A stretch of DNA of 63,302 nt, filler included, from Choristocarpus tenellus KU-1152 (GCA_964200185.2; 9 parts of 9 records of this genome joined end to end with filler, not necessarily neighbours in it), one strand, 5' to 3'; counted from the whole stretch's first letter, positions 1-13,278 are shown. Numbers and translations are program-made. The notes: a model not told the origin generated them from the sequence alone.

Positions 1-818
1 GGGGGGGCTAGGTGGGTACTTTGTGGTTTCATAGACATTGAGGGTACAAGTCTAATATGAACACACTGGGGGGGGTGTAACAAAACAAGTAGTGTACAGT
101 TTGGAGTTGAGAGTGTATCACCCACCACCACAGAGGAAATTGTCTGTTCCATGACACAGTCAAATAAATCATTTTTTTTTTTATGCCTACTTTTTTTTGT
201 TCCCGTCCCCAGAGAATCGGAACCATATTGTTAATATCATTATTGGGCTTCCAAAGTTGAACCGTTGCATTTGAATAACTGGAGAGGATACGATGAGTGA
301 GCACCTCAACCTTCACAATTGCACACACATTCAAGATTGTTACAGCAAGTAAACAAATACACACATACACACACATACATACATACACACACTCACACAT
401 TCAAGATTGTTACAGCAGGTAAACACATACACACACATACATATATACATACATACACACTTACATACACATAAAACTAATTGAAGTATCCTGTTCAGGC
501 ACACAACAGGGGAAGCAGGTCATTGCCATCGGCGCCACCAACTAGGCTGTGCCTGATTGGTTGATTGATTGATTGATTGTGACCAATAAAAAGGTTTGCA
601 TTACCAATGCCTGTTTCACAAAAAAAAAATCGATTTATCACCGCCTTCCAAGACTCATCCAAACTCTGATGTCAGTAAAAAGAAAAAAAGTACATCCATC
701 AAATCAAACACTCGCTACCCACTACACACACAGTACCAATTCTCAGTTGTTAAATGACAATTATCTCTCCACATTTGCTCCAAAAGTGGCGGTAAGGTGC
801 TGCGTATCGAATCATGCC

Positions 819-819
<1 letters not shown>

Positions 820-880
<61 letters not shown>

Positions 881-971
881 ACAAACACCACAACAACACT
901 CCCCCCCCCCCCCCTCTCCTCTCCTCCCCCCCTCCACCACNNNNNNNNNNCCCCCCCCCCCCCCCCCCCCG
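820..971. repeat. Poly-C homopolymer tracts with an internal N gap
   Basis: Long C runs directly visible; another at about 1696-1858. They generate the spurious poly-Pro/poly-Gly ORFs. Confidence 0.9.
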
Positions 972-1010
972 TCAGTACCCCTGCGCTCACACCAACCAGA
1001 TTTAAATAAA

Positions 1011-1228
1011 CAATGTACCCTTTATTGTCATTCCTACTCTCTGTACTTCACAGCTGGTGCAGTAACAGGATATTCGTATAAAAAACAATATACCCTTTAT
1101 TGTAATTCCCACTCTCTGTACTTTACTGCTGGTGCAGTAACAGGATATTCGTATAAAAAACAATGTATCCTTTATTGTCATTCCTACTCTCTGTACTTTA
1201 CTGCTGGTGCAGTAACGGGATAGTCATA
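1011..1228. repeat. 75-bp tandem repeat, 3 copies, with degenerate copies trailing to about 1520
   Basis: Unit CAATGTACCCTTTATTGTCATTCCTACTCTCTGTACTT...GCTGGTGCAGTAACAGGATATTCGTATAAAAAA starts at 1011, 1086 and 1161. Confidence 0.9.
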
Positions 1229-1694
1229 TCGACGCTCGCCATTGCGAAACTGTTCCTGTACTGGACACTCAAATCAATCAAAAACAGTCAGCAAAAAGTC
1301 GAGTTATTTTTTTTTCTTCCACATATGCCGTACACTTGCACTAAGTACAAAAACCTCTGTTTCACCGTGCCGTACCCTTTACCGTCATTCTCACCGTCGC
1401 TTGCACTCAGTAAAAAAACAAAATAGAAGTGCCGTACCTCTTCTCGTCATTCCTACAGTACACTCGCACTGAGCAATTATTCTTTTTTGTAGCACCGTAC
1501 CTTTTCCTGTCATTCTTACATACTCCCCCCACTAAAACCACAATGTTAACCCTACGATTGACAGTTCCTACTAACTCTACCCTCAAGGTACTAAAATTAA
1601 CCTACTAATAGATGTATATACGTACATACATACATACATACATACATACATACGTACCATCTTGAAATTAATAGTACTCTTATAGAACCACTGC

Positions 1695-1758
<64 letters not shown>

Positions 1759-1859
1759 NNNNNNNNNCAAAAAAAAAAAACACAAACTTCATTCTCAGAC
1801 TTACTTAAATTTAAAGAACTAGAAAAAATAAACCCCCCCCCCCCCCCCCCCCCCCCCAC

Positions 1860-3245
1860 CTCCTCGGGCTGTTCCTTTGCAGACAGCCTTCGAATTGCAG
1901 AAAAGGTTTTCTTGTCTAGAGCCACAGTCTGGAGTAAAAACTTGTCGCCAATCTTTTTTCCAGTGCCACCACCATCCCCGTTCACCCCCACTGGCCCAAT
2001 GCTCTTTACCAGCTCACTGAAACCGTGTGAGTGTGTGTTTGAACATAGGCACATTGGAAGGGTTTGGGCAAGGGGGCGTGGACAGGAGTTGCATTGGAGG
2101 GATCGGAGATTAGGTTGCAAGTCGGTTGAGAGCATCTCTGGGGTGGGTAGTAGAGGCAAGTAGAGAGGGGTGGGGAGTGGGGGGCTTGATGGGGGGAGTA
2201 TTGACTGAAACAATAGTCAATAGTTGAGGCTCTTCAAGGTGGGGAAAGGCGAAGGGATATGGTTGGGGTGATTGACAAAAAGGGCTGGCATGGGATATTC
2301 TACGATGAAGATAGCTAGATTCACGTTCTTATCCAGAGCGGTAACATGAAATGTGACTATTTCTTGAAGATAATTTAATGTTTTTGCACAATATGCTGCA
2401 AAAGTCATGACAAGGGGTGTCAGGAACGACCTTGTTGTAGAGACACGATCGGATTTAAATGTTCCTTAGGGTTAGGGTACGGTAGTGCTGGTGTATTGCA
2501 TTGGTGGGGGGGGCTATCCAGGTATTTCACTTTTTTTGTTCTCATAAAAAAAAAACGCAACACAACACAACAACAACAAAAAACGTAGCAGAGCAACACA
2601 ACAGCTCTTAAGCATTGAAGTTATCACAAGAATTCTAAAATACACACACACACACACACGCACGCACGCACGCACGCACACACGCACACACACACAGCCT
2701 CACTTGCACTCCCTTTCCACAAGATAGACATTGACCTTTTCAGAGGTGCCAACATCGATCAGGCCTTGGTTTGGCCTCACAAGATATCGCTTCGGTTCAG
2801 TTGTTTTCACCTGCAATACCAACACACACACACACAAGAATGTTTGGTTGTTCTTGTACAGGGTGGGCACACCTCATATGTACAACTGTTGTTGCACAAG
2901 ATAGAACCGTGCACTGATATTCCCTGGGCAGTCAAGGCGCATTGTTCACTCAACAGGTCACTGACTGAGATCATCGTTCAGACCACCGCCACAATTCCCA
3001 AAACAAAAAATCGAATTCCTGTAAATAAAATCAACCCACTGGTCACATTAGTGCACACCAGACTCCGATCAAAGATCCAGGTCCACTGAAGAGACTAACT
3101 ACACTCCCGTACCCCTTCCAAGAAACCATCTCTTCTCAGGCCTTACTTTGAAAGCGATCTCTGTGAAGGAATCATTGGTGAGCGTAAGGAGGCATCCTGG
3201 CTGCGTTGTTGGAGCTAACTGGAATCTGAGGTGATCAGGAAACAC
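1860..3245 (-). CDS. MSP-domain protein (VAP/VAMP-associated protein family), partial; exons 3245-3147, 2810-2704, 2016-1860
   Basis: GT-AG splicing in consistent phase gives VFPDHLRFQLAPTTQPGCLLTLTNDSFTEIAFK|VKTTEPKRYLVRPNQGLIDVGTSEKVNVYLVEREC(N)|ELVK...GDKFLLQTV. This has the MSP signature FKVKTTxPKRYxVRPNxG and DKFLxQ. First and last exons not located. Confidence 0.85.
2641..2695. repeat. (CA)n/(CACG)n compound microsatellite in an intron
   Basis: Directly visible. Confidence 0.9.
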
Positions 3246-4233
3246 CTGCGGTAGTACACGGGAAAATCCAGCGAGGATGAGGCGGAGGTATGGGAATTTC
3301 GGCTCGTAGACTCGGTAACCAATATGGAGTGGTGTAGATTGTGGGAAGGTACAGTGGAGGTTTGGTCGGAGGTGTTGAGGCTAGGAAAAATAGTATCAGC
3401 CCAACCACATTACAACACAGGCGGATGGGGGACAGTGAAGAAAGAAAACCATTAGTTGAGGAGAGAGGAGGTACGGGAGGGAACGGAGGACAAGGCGCCA
3501 GCAGGGTCCTTGATCTTGACCGAGGACAAGGTGTAAACGTGAACGTTTTTCGTGAAGCCTATCGATCGCGCTGTGACAGGACAACCCAGGCAATATCATC
3601 ACGACCTCCTATGCCACGCCAACGACAAGGGGACGGTGTTTGGATACTATTCTCTCCTCTTTGGGCACCACTGGTCACTTCTTGAGCATCGTTTGCTTGA
3701 TCAAGACCAATTCGACTGAGCGACGAACGCCAACAGACTGCGTAATGACAACAAAACTGCGAGCAAAGCACGAGAGGAAGGTCGGTCCAAGGAAGTTGGT
3801 CTTCATTGCGCCCTCCTTTCTGCAGTAGCAATCTCTGCACGAGCAAGAAAACTGCACAATGAATCAAGTGGAGATTACGGTTGTTCTCATCCGCTCACCT
3901 GAACGCAACCTGGAAAGTTTGCTATCGAAGACGACTTCGCCATGAACCTACACAACCCGACTGCCCTGCCGTGAGTAGATGCTTCCTGGTAGATGTTGCA
4001 AGTCCCGTATGTCCCTCGAAACTCGATCCTACCCTCTTTTTCTCCTTCTCAACTAATAGTATATAAGTTGGTAGAGAGTTTGTTGTGAAAGGAAAAAATG
4101 TGATGAAAACTGAAAATCCAGTTTTATTCTGCTTCTTCTGTACAACCAAAATGGTCCCAGTTGAGTTGATATATGCGTACCTGGCTCGCTGTCCAGGTTG
4201 AAGGGGGCGTTCCTCTTCCACAGACATATCTGT

Positions 4234-6207
4234 ATGTTCGTCCCTAATCTCCTCAAATATCTTGACGAGGCCCTGGACACAGTAACGGGGCGCTACGACG
4301 GACAGGAGGAGTCGAATAGTGAGGAGGATGGTAGTGTGTCACCAACGCAGGAACAATCACTTCAGCCTATCCATTCTCCACCTGACCTTGAACTCGTGCA
4401 GAGCAAACAAGAAAGAAGGGATGGTAAGGTAGAGAGGAGGGCTGAGTTAAAGGAGGCAGCACCAACTACAAAGACAGCCAATGACGAAGTGCTTGAAGTG
4501 GATGCAACTTCTACTGGGGAGGTTGTGGGGAAAGAAACTAGTTGGGACGGTGGTCAGGAAGATACTTTGAGGGAGGTGGTGGTAGTTGCGGAGCGTAGTG
4601 GGACCTCGGGTATTGTCGAAGCTTGGGGTAATGCAGAGCAAGAGCTCCAAGAGAAAGTCTTTGATCGAGATTCTGTAGTGATTCAGGAAATCAAGGAAGA
4701 AAGGCAGGGAGAACGCATTATCAGGGAAGGGCGAGAAAGGGATCCAGCAGACAGACCACGAGAGAAGGAAGAAGTGGAAACAAAGCACGTATTGGAACGT
4801 GCTGCCGCACTTGACAGGGTACAGGAAGAGCAAAAGTGGGAAATAGAAGAGCGAGAGGTGAAACGCCTGGAGGCAGTACGGCTGCAGCGACTGGAACAGG
4901 AGCGAGAGCAAGAAGATAAAATACGTGCTGCTGCAATTCAAAGGGAAAAAGAACGCCAGCAACTAGAACAGGAGCAACGGTGGGAGGTGGAACGCTTGGA
5001 AGCAATCGAGCGAGACAGGCGACAACAACAACTAGAAGAAGAAACAAGAGAGTTGAAGAGGGTGCAAGAACTCGAGCAGGCAAATCAGCAGCGGATTTTG
5101 AACCAGGAAAGGGAACGGCAACGTCAGCAGCAGGAAGTGGAACGAGCTGAAGAGCTCGAAAGAGAGAGGGAAGAACAGCAACGCCGGCTGGAGAGGGAGC
5201 GAAAAAAGGAGAGAGAACAGCACGAGGAGAGGCTGCAGCAACAACAGCAACGTCAGCAGCAGGAAGCGGAACGAGCTGAAGAGTTGGAAAGAGAGAGGGA
5301 AGAACAGCAACGCCGGCTGGAAAGGGAACAGCACGAGGAGAGGCTGCGACAACAACAGCAACGTCAGCAGCAGGAAGCGGAACGAGCCGAAGAGCTGGAA
5401 AGAGAGAGGGAAGAACAGCAACGCCGGCTGGAGAGGGAGCGAGAAAGGGAGAGAGAACAGCACAAGGAGAGGCTGCGACAACAACAGCAACGAAAGCTCG
5501 ATCAGACCCAAGAGTTTGCACGGACGCAAGCCTTTGTAAGGGAGGGGGACGAGAAAAAGGTGAACGGGCAGCAGGAGCTGGTACTGGAGCAAGAGCGAGG
5601 GTGGTTAAGGGATCAACAGTTCCTTGCAACTACCAACAACAGGACCACAAGTGAAAACCCACGACAGTCAGAGGCTGCTACAGCACATACCCTGGACGTG
5701 GTAGGGGCGGCATCTAGGGGTGTGAACAGTTCCAGGACAACGGAGGCATCTCTGGAGGTGCAGGCCCGACCCACTTCGACACCGTCAGGTTTTGCGGGGA
5801 AAGAACACACAGGTGGGACCGGTGTGTTTGGTAAGGGCAGTGTGGGCAGTGTTGCTCCTGGAAGGCATTCCGTAGTGGGGGGTGAAGATACGAGCACCCA
5901 CGGCAGCAACCAAAAGATAGGTAGCGCGGTTCACCGAATGGTAGGGGAGGAAGAGGGCAAGAGTGGTGGGCAAGGAGATCCGGATTTGAGCGAGAGGGCA
6001 CAGGTGAGGGCGGAGGCGTGGGCACAGGCTTGGATGATTGCTGAGGACAGGGCGAGGAAGGAGGCCATGGTAGTTGCAGCCCTCCGCGAGGAGTTTGGGG
6101 GGGTGGGGGGGGGGACTGAGGATGTTTCTGCCCCCTCGTCGGTGCCAAGCGTGAGGAAGGGCTGGGGGGGTCTCTTCGGTAGGCGGGGTGGTGAAAGTGT
6201 GGCCAAA
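4234..6207 (+). CDS. Long E/Q/R-rich coiled-coil protein, function unknown; runs off the contig end
   Basis: Open frame over 650 codons from ATG 4234 (MFVPNLLKYLDEALDTVTG...) with a central charged helical repeat (QQQEAERAEELEREREEQQRRLERE x3). No catalytic motif recognised. Confidence 0.7.
5110..5491 (+). repeat. In-frame coding tandem repeat (about 3 units of 110-130 bp)
   Basis: CAACGTCAGCAGCAGGAAG(C/T)GGAACGAGC...GAAGAACAGCAACGCCGGCTGG occurs three times. Confidence 0.85.
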
Positions 6208-6307
6208 NNNNNNNNNNNNNNNNNNNNNNNNNNNNNNNNNNNNNNNNNNNNTTAATTAATTAANNNNNNNNNNNNNNNNNNNNNNNNNNNNNNNNNNNNN
6301 NNNNNNN
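6208..6307. other. Artificial contig linker
   Basis: N-run + TTAATTAATTAA + N-run, 100 bp. Confidence 0.98.
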
Positions 6308-6390
6308 ATAGCCAAAATTACATCAAAATCGTAACATTGGATTTTGGCCCCCAAAAGGACGCAGCTCTACCATCTAAGATACTTTGGCTC
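6308..6390. mobile_element. MITE family 1, partial copy at contig start
   Basis: Ends CTCTACCATCTAAGATACTTTGGCTC, homologous to the full copies. Confidence 0.85.
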
Positions 6391-6484
6391 AATTTGCTGT
6401 GTATTTTTTTCCAGTATCACTCCAGGTCATTCGCTCTGATGTCAATGTTCAGACAATGCTCTTTTTGTCGTATGTAATACACTA

Positions 6485-7971
6485 CTTCCTCCTCTTTGAA
6501 ATAAATGTAACATAAACTTAAAGCCTCGATGAAGCAAGATTTTGTTCACATTTCATCTTTTATGGGTGTATTGTGCAGACACTAAAAGGTTCCACACCAT
6601 CATCTCAAGCAAAATGTGGAAGCCCACACCAATCTATGATTCCCCCCCTGAAATCCTACAAAACTTCATTCCAGCACAGTATTTCGTTCCATCCACTGGT
6701 GCATTTGGGGGGAGCTTGCCCACCTTCCCAGCATTTTCCTTACTAAGATGGGAAATTTTGAAGCTGTTCTCACCCTTGGACCCCAGCACTTCGCCGTAGA
6801 CTGCAAAGAGGCTCTGCTAGATGTCCTCTAGGATCTCTCGAGGGTATACATCAAACGCCTCCATTGTGGTCTCCACCAGCTCCTCTGTGTGTTGATAAGG
6901 TCCACGTTTTCCTTTAGTTGCTGGATGTAATGAGAGAATCCCAGGTCATTAACATTGAGGTCAGGTGAGCTGGACGCCAATTTCCCCATCAAACCACATC
7001 GTGTTGGAGACCTTCTTAGGGTGGGCCACAGGTGCAAGGAACATCACCTTTGTAGTGTAGCACTCATTTTGTCCCCGTGAGGGATTGGGGGGTCCATATT
7101 GGGGTGGAGCTACACACCTTGCCCATCTTTGAGGATGTAAAACCACTTCTCGTCCACATGCCTCCAGTCATACAGATCCCCCACCAATACCCCAATTTCC
7201 CCCTCAAGTGCATGTGGCTGATGACGAAACCCACCCTGTTGACTTTTGACTGGTCTGAGAGGATGGGATTAATCCATCGCTTGACCCTCTTCACCTTCTG
7301 CCCTTGACAGATCTCACAATGAGGCAAGGGAGATCCCAGCTTTGGCCACCCATTTGCGAAAGGATGTTCGGTGTGCCAATTGTACATCCCAAACGTCGAG
7401 GATACTTGTGCAGTCACATCACCCCTTGCGACGTCCTACAAGGTTCATACATTCACCCTGTGCAATCTGGCTGCTATATTCCTTCAGATGACGGAACACG
7501 GTTATGCAGGAAATTCTGATTCGGGAAATTCCGAAGTCCTCCGTGATGGCCGCCACCATCCCCCAAGGTATCCGAGTCTCGCGCCCTCGCACCTTTAGGC
7601 ATCGCGTAACTACACTGTTTTTCGTAGAGGTGTTGGAGTCCTGACCCCAGGCAAACTTCTGAGCCTATAATTGGGACCAACGGGCAACAACAGGATAAGT
7701 GAGCTGCTCCAACGACCGGGGTCCTTCATCCTAGTTATCCCAATTAGCACTCACTTTGACAGTTTCACAAGGTTTTTGAACCTCGCCAAATGCGACTTAG
7801 TCAACTTTGCACTGGTGATCCTCCACAGTCATGATAGTCCACCATCTCAAACGTGGCATGCCTCCCAATCTATATGAGAACCTAGCCTCGTCTACAAGGT
7901 CTATCACATCATTCTGAGTCAAGAAAAGAGGTTGTAAAAGCTATGTTATATTTAATTCCGAACAGAGGAAG
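6485..7971 (-). mobile_element. Tc1/mariner (DD39D plant-mariner type) transposon, internally deleted, with Stowaway-like TIRs
   Basis: Left end TA-CTTCCTCCTCTTTGAAATAAATGTAACATA is the inverted counterpart of TATGTTATATTTAATTCCGAACAGAGGAAG (ends 7971). Encloses transposase remnants. Confidence 0.8.
6640..7602 (-). pseudogene. Mariner DD39D-type transposase pseudogene
   Basis: Frameshifted or stopped fragments read KVKRVKRWINPILSDQSKVNR, HVDEKWFYI, YTTKVMFLAPVAHP..WFDGEIG and SPDLNVNDLGF. The segment with the second catalytic Asp is deleted. Confidence 0.88.
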
Positions 7972-10236
7972 CGGTGTTGTTTTGCGATGGACATGATACG
8001 TTGTCCGAGGTGTGATTGCACCTGAAAGCAAGAATCCTATGATACATACACCTTCATAACTACTGCTAGGCTGGCACTTTGAAGACAGTCTGGAATAAAG
8101 GGAAGAGTCCCTGGAGATGTTCAGGGCCCACCTCACCCACTTGTCCAGTCGATGCCTCCAGCTTCAAATGCACGATGCACTGCAGCACATCATTGAAAGG
8201 GTCCTCCTAACTGCAGGAAGACAATATATCGATCTAAACAGCCCACTTTAAAAATGCAAGGTGCTACTACTGAACAGACCAACCAACCAGGCCAACAAAA
8301 TGCCAGGTATAGCCCCAAGCAGTTTGCTTGCTTCGCCTTTGCCAGGCATTAGTTGCTAGTTGAATGTTTTCCATAATGAGTTGATACATTATTAGTCATT
8401 ATTATCCACAGTTCATCATTGAAGGCCTGTTCCTGACAGTAGGAGGACGATCTCTCCATTCCATGGTGGTCCAAACAGCTCATTAAAATATCTATGACGC
8501 AACCAAAAGGCCTAACTGAACCAAATTATTTTTGGACATAATCCTCTTTTAGGGTCATTGTTACCCGAAATATTTTGCTTTTTTGTCACTTAGTACCCCA
8601 CTTGATGGGGCGTGGCACCACCCATGACAGAGCACCTATCAGATATGACCATAAGACATTTACTAGGACAAGTACACTGTGTTCATTCGTTGGTCCATTT
8701 TTCAGTTGGAGCACTGCTGTCCATTATACACCATCAATCAAAGTAATCATTCGTAGTCCCACTTTTAAACCAGTGGTCCATTACGGTCATTTGGAATTAA
8801 TTGCACCCAATCAGCCATTTTAGGGAGAAACGGCTTTAACACCAACAACCGTTGCGGTTAGGGAACAGACCCAACACATGCCTTCCTGATTTTATAAGCA
8901 CAAACTGTCAAAGGTTTAATGGTACCAAAAAGGGAGGCCAGAAAAAAGGTTGCAATGAAAACATCATTCTACGTCAGCTATAGTCTTTTAGTACAATTAG
9001 TCAATGTTCTTGGAAGGAGATCGGACCTGCTCTGCAACAGTGGGTGAGTAGTATGAAGTAAGGTTGAAGTACTGTAGTATCCTTGCACAGAATGATATAT
9101 TCTTAGTATCGAAGTATCATTGCCCAGTACTACCTCCCAACAAGTACATTGTAGTACAGTGCAGTAGTACGTCCAGCAGGGCAAACCCCATTGTACTGTA
9201 GATCATGGTACAGTATAGCTTTCTACAGCAAGGGCTCCTGCTGCACACATCATACCACAATACAGTAACAGTATCAGGTATCCAGTGCAGATAGCAGGAG
9301 ATAGAGAACGGGATGGGATTCCTTTTTTAAGAGTGTTCTGGTCCGGAAAGGGTCTTCCAGTCACCTCCCCACAAAACAGTATTGTGCACAAAGTTTTGCT
9401 ATGCTTCTCCATCACATAAAACGAGGATGTGTTAAGAGTGTTCAAATAGATCATTGAGAGCATCTGAGCAAGAGAATAGGTGATAAACTCCTCTCACTAG
9501 GTGACTAAGAAAACATGGCATAGATAGGGCGTGACTATTTCAGACACTTTCCAAGACTCCTTTAATCAAACTCAAAAATGTGAAATTCTCATCCTGTAGA
9601 CATGATCAGGTACATACCACCCCTGAACGGTGGAGGTTTCTCACCTCACAATCAACGTAGAAAGTATGCCTTCTCACCTACAGAACGCACATACTGACAA
9701 GAATGTACCTCCTCCACAAATCAACAGTACAAAATAGTAGATCTTTGGAACTTTTCCAGGATATTTTGAATGCAGAACAAGATCACGCCTAAAGAACTGT
9801 CCTTAAAGAGTCACCCGTCTAAGGAACATAGCTGCGTTGCCGCAAACACCCTCTACTATAGCAGCACACTCTCCTTGCTCCTGCCAGAAGAGAAACCTTC
9901 AATAATCATCACCTGGGCTGAGGAAAATATGATAAGTCAAACAGCAAATTGCTGCCACTAACAAACCACGTACTTGATCTCTTGCCCCTGTTGCTATACC
10001 TCACACCCTCCTACGAAATATAAACATGCACCCTGGTGCTGACAAACGCCCCGGCATATTACAGTGCACTGCATCCAAAAACTGTAGCAATTCTGTGCCC
10101 CTCTAATACTTCCCGCTGAAAATCCCCACATCTCCAAAACCCCCTGCATCAAACGGATCGAAACCATTGCTGCCATCATTTTCACCTCCAGGTTCAAGGT
10201 CTGGAGCATCATCTATCAACTCCGGTGCCACCCCCC

Positions 10237-10814
10237 TCACCCCGGAGAAGTCATGAAGAACAAGAAATTCATTTGTACCTGGGCAAGTGCAGAAGAGGGC
10301 AAGGCGATGGGGGGGGGGGGGAAGGGGCAGCCATTTTTGGTTAGGGTTAGGGTTGACATAAAGAATCTATAAAAAGAAGGATGGGATAAACGCTGCTCAA
10401 TTGGGTGGGACAGGAACTCCATACCAACAGTGCAGATGCATCAGGAAAGGGATAGGAGGAAAGCGGTTGATACAATATATATTTGAGGAACCTTGGTAGA
10501 CCAACAGTCACCTACTGCACAACATAGTGAAAACCCCTGTCCAACACCCTTCCACCGTGTCTCCAAAGGCGATACTATCTCACGCAAAGTACACAAATGT
10601 AACAGTGTGTGTTTAGACACATGCTTCAATTCGTACCATCCGTGACAAGGTGTTGCAGGTCAAACTGGAGTGAACATATCGAAGGATAGTGTTCACCAAT
10701 TCGAAACATCTCACGACCCGATCCCAGATCCCACGCTATCACCATCCCATCCACCGAAGCAGACACTAGCCGCTGGTCATCTGCCTGTAAAGCACAGACA
10801 GGAGACTTGTGTCC
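10237..10814 (-). CDS. WD40-repeat protein, 3' end only; exons 10814-10637 and 10278-10237
   Basis: GHKSPVCALQADDQRLVSASVDGMVIAWDL (GH...WD repeat), then EHYPSICSLQFDLQHLVTD(G)TNEFLVLHDFSG-stop across a GT-AG intron. Upstream exons lie beyond the contig end. Confidence 0.82.
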
Positions 10815-10908
10815 CTGAGAAAGAACAGACAAGCCCAATGGGGGGGGGGGGAGAGGGTAGGAGGGACCAAGAGGGAGGCCGGAAATTAGACTGGGGATAC
10901 ATACACAT

Positions 10909-11008
10909 NNNNNNNNNNNNNNNNNNNNNNNNNNNNNNNNNNNNNNNNNNNNTTAATTAATTAANNNNNNNNNNNNNNNNNNNNNNNNNNNNNNNNNNNN
11001 NNNNNNNN
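10909..11008. other. Artificial contig linker
   Basis: N-run + TTAATTAATTAA + N-run. Confidence 0.98.
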
Positions 11009-11077
11009 CTTTTCCTGGTCATGGTCCAAATGTGCACCCTGGTTTCAACCCCCCCCCCCCCCCAGATACTTTGGGTC
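11009..11077. mobile_element. MITE family 2, partial copy at contig start
   Basis: Ends (C)nAGATACTTTGGGTC; reverse complement of the left arm seen at 34160 and 44034. Confidence 0.8.
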
Positions 11078-13109
11078 AATAATACCTGCATCCTTCAAGA
11101 TTGACGACTACTATTCGGCTGAGGACTTCAAAATGTAGACCTCAATCAAACACCCTCCCCACTTTAAACGTTTGACAAAACTAACCAATGTAATGTAATG
11201 CTGGGACTCTAGTCTAATAATAAAAAGAAAATGAAGCTTTCACACTACTTTGAAATGGTTGTTACATATTATGTAGACTACTGGCCGTATTAGTATCCAT
11301 TGGTCACTACTTGCCAAAGTACCCAATCTTTCTTACCCGGGGCACTGGCAAGGGAAACATTTGGGCTCTACTTACTTTCACTACTAGCTACACACTACAA
11401 GCAGAAAGAGAGAACTGTAGTCATTGCACCCCAAAGGGAGCATACTGTATATTGGTTGTGGTTCCTTCTCCCAGTGATTCAAAGGCAGGTAAACGTGTGG
11501 TCATGCACAATCAACTATCCCTTGGCCTCTGACCGGCAGGATGCAGTGAAGGTACTAACTACTATGTTATTGAACTGGTTCTCTTGGACCTCAAGTACAG
11601 CCTAGCAGAGCCCGTACCAACTACAAAAGCAACATGCACAGTGCATGGATGGGAAAGACCTGCCTTTCTTCTTGTTCATTGCACAGGAGTCCCTGCAAAA
11701 GAGACCACCAGCCACATTTGATTTCACTCACTGCATTGAATGAAAGAAACGTTGGATAGATGATGTGTTCTTCCTTAAGTGCAGACTTACGGAAGAAACT
11801 CACTGTACGTAGTTACTTTCTTTGAGTCAGGACATGAAATCCAAGTACACAATGCCATCGCCCACAATCGCTCTTGTCCCTGCCTTCCTCACCCCACCCT
11901 CTACTATTATTGCTACGTATGTACTGTACAGTAGCTTTCATTTGCCGTATGGACCCCTTCCTAAAGCTTCCTGCCTATGTAAACTCAAATATAGCGGTCT
12001 GATGGAAATCTTGCCCCAGCCTGGATGTGCATTATTGTTTTCAGGAAGTTACTTTTTTTTTTTCGACATGGCAGATGGAGATAAAGACCACTTGACTCCA
12101 AGGAGATTGATCCCCCACGTCAAGCCCAGCTCTTCGTACCACTATCTACCCACCGGTGCGGACAAAATATCTCCGTGCCTATAGCGTAGTTGCTCTGTAC
12201 AGCACAGATTGAAGGGCGCATGAGTGGTGTAAATTTGATGCATACTCCAGCGTATATATATTGTCATGTATGTGTCCTCGAAAAGAATTCAAATTGTGTT
12301 TTAGTTTGGCATGGTGGGGTTCATGTGGGGGATGCATGTGTGTTTCATCCATTCTTACTCTTTCACTTTGTGTTCAGCTGACTATATGTTGAAATGTACG
12401 ACATCCTCCTCCAACTTGGCATGGCTTGGGTTTCCTCCAGGGGAAGCATAGGTGGGGAAGAGTGATGGACCGGTATAATTGGGGTCTTCGAGGCATACTC
12501 TGGTTCATCAAAGTTGCCTCTCAGCTCTTAGATTGAGGAGGCTCCCTTTGCATTAGTTTTCTTGTAGGAAGTGGGCAAGGTTCATCCGTAGCTAGGGAAA
12601 AAAAGCGCTAGTTCGTTGGGAAAATCCGTGACATTAATTGATTTTTCTTGACGACTGGAAGTTTGTTCTAGTCTAGAACAGTTCTGTTGAGCTCACCAGG
12701 GGGTTGGGGGATGGATGAGGCGGTCACAACACGACTGCATTAACAACACTCTAAGCAACGTTTGATCTCACAGTGTTTCCGCCTGTGCTCCTCACAGATT
12801 TTGATAAACATTTACCATATGTATATATGTATATATATATGGCCTCATGAAAAAATGGTTTGCAGAACATGAAACGGAAGTTCAGGATCCTTTTCAAGTT
12901 GTAGAGAGGGTTTTGAGTCCCCGCATTGCAGCAGGAGGGATTGGATTAGTGGCATTCTAGAGGGGGCACAGAGATGGACACGATTCAAAGAACATGCATA
13001 TTGAAGATTCACACAAAGAACAGTCCTGTTTCTTGCCTTTCATATCTCCCTCCCCTTGAATGTACCAAGTATTTTGAAGATTCAAACAAAGAACGGTCCC
13101 ATTTCTGGA

Positions 13110-13278
13110 TACTCACTCTAGGTACACACACTAGGTACACACACTAGGTACTCACTCTAGATACACACACTAGGTACTCACTCTAGATACACACACTAGG
13201 TACTCACTCTAGGTACACACACTAGGTACTCACGCTAGGTACTCACACTAGGTACTCACACTAGATACTCACACTAGG
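13110..13278. repeat. 13-bp minisatellite (TACWCACWCTAGR) x about 13
   Basis: Directly visible tandem array. Confidence 0.92.

Noticed and set aside
517-545. QVIAIGATN, resembling the AAA-ATPase sensor-1 region
   Set aside because: Followed immediately by a stop with no other AAA motifs nearby; likely chance.
1011-1228. 75-bp repeat as a possible CRISPR-like array
   Set aside because: Units are contiguous near-identical tandem copies with no unique spacers, in a eukaryotic context with no cas genes.
573-1860. Poly-Pro/poly-Gly ORFs (formin- or extensin-like)
   Set aside because: Translations of poly-C/G homopolymers next to N gaps in intronic or intergenic DNA.
4447-6206. Minus-strand hydrophobic ORFs (171, 302, 186 aa and others)
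   Set aside because: Antisense shadows of the purine-rich coiled-coil ORF.
6485-8200. Possible TnpB/Fanzor cargo in the mariner element
   Set aside because: No RuvC or zinc-finger motifs seen; the space between the TIRs is accounted for by the transposase remnant.
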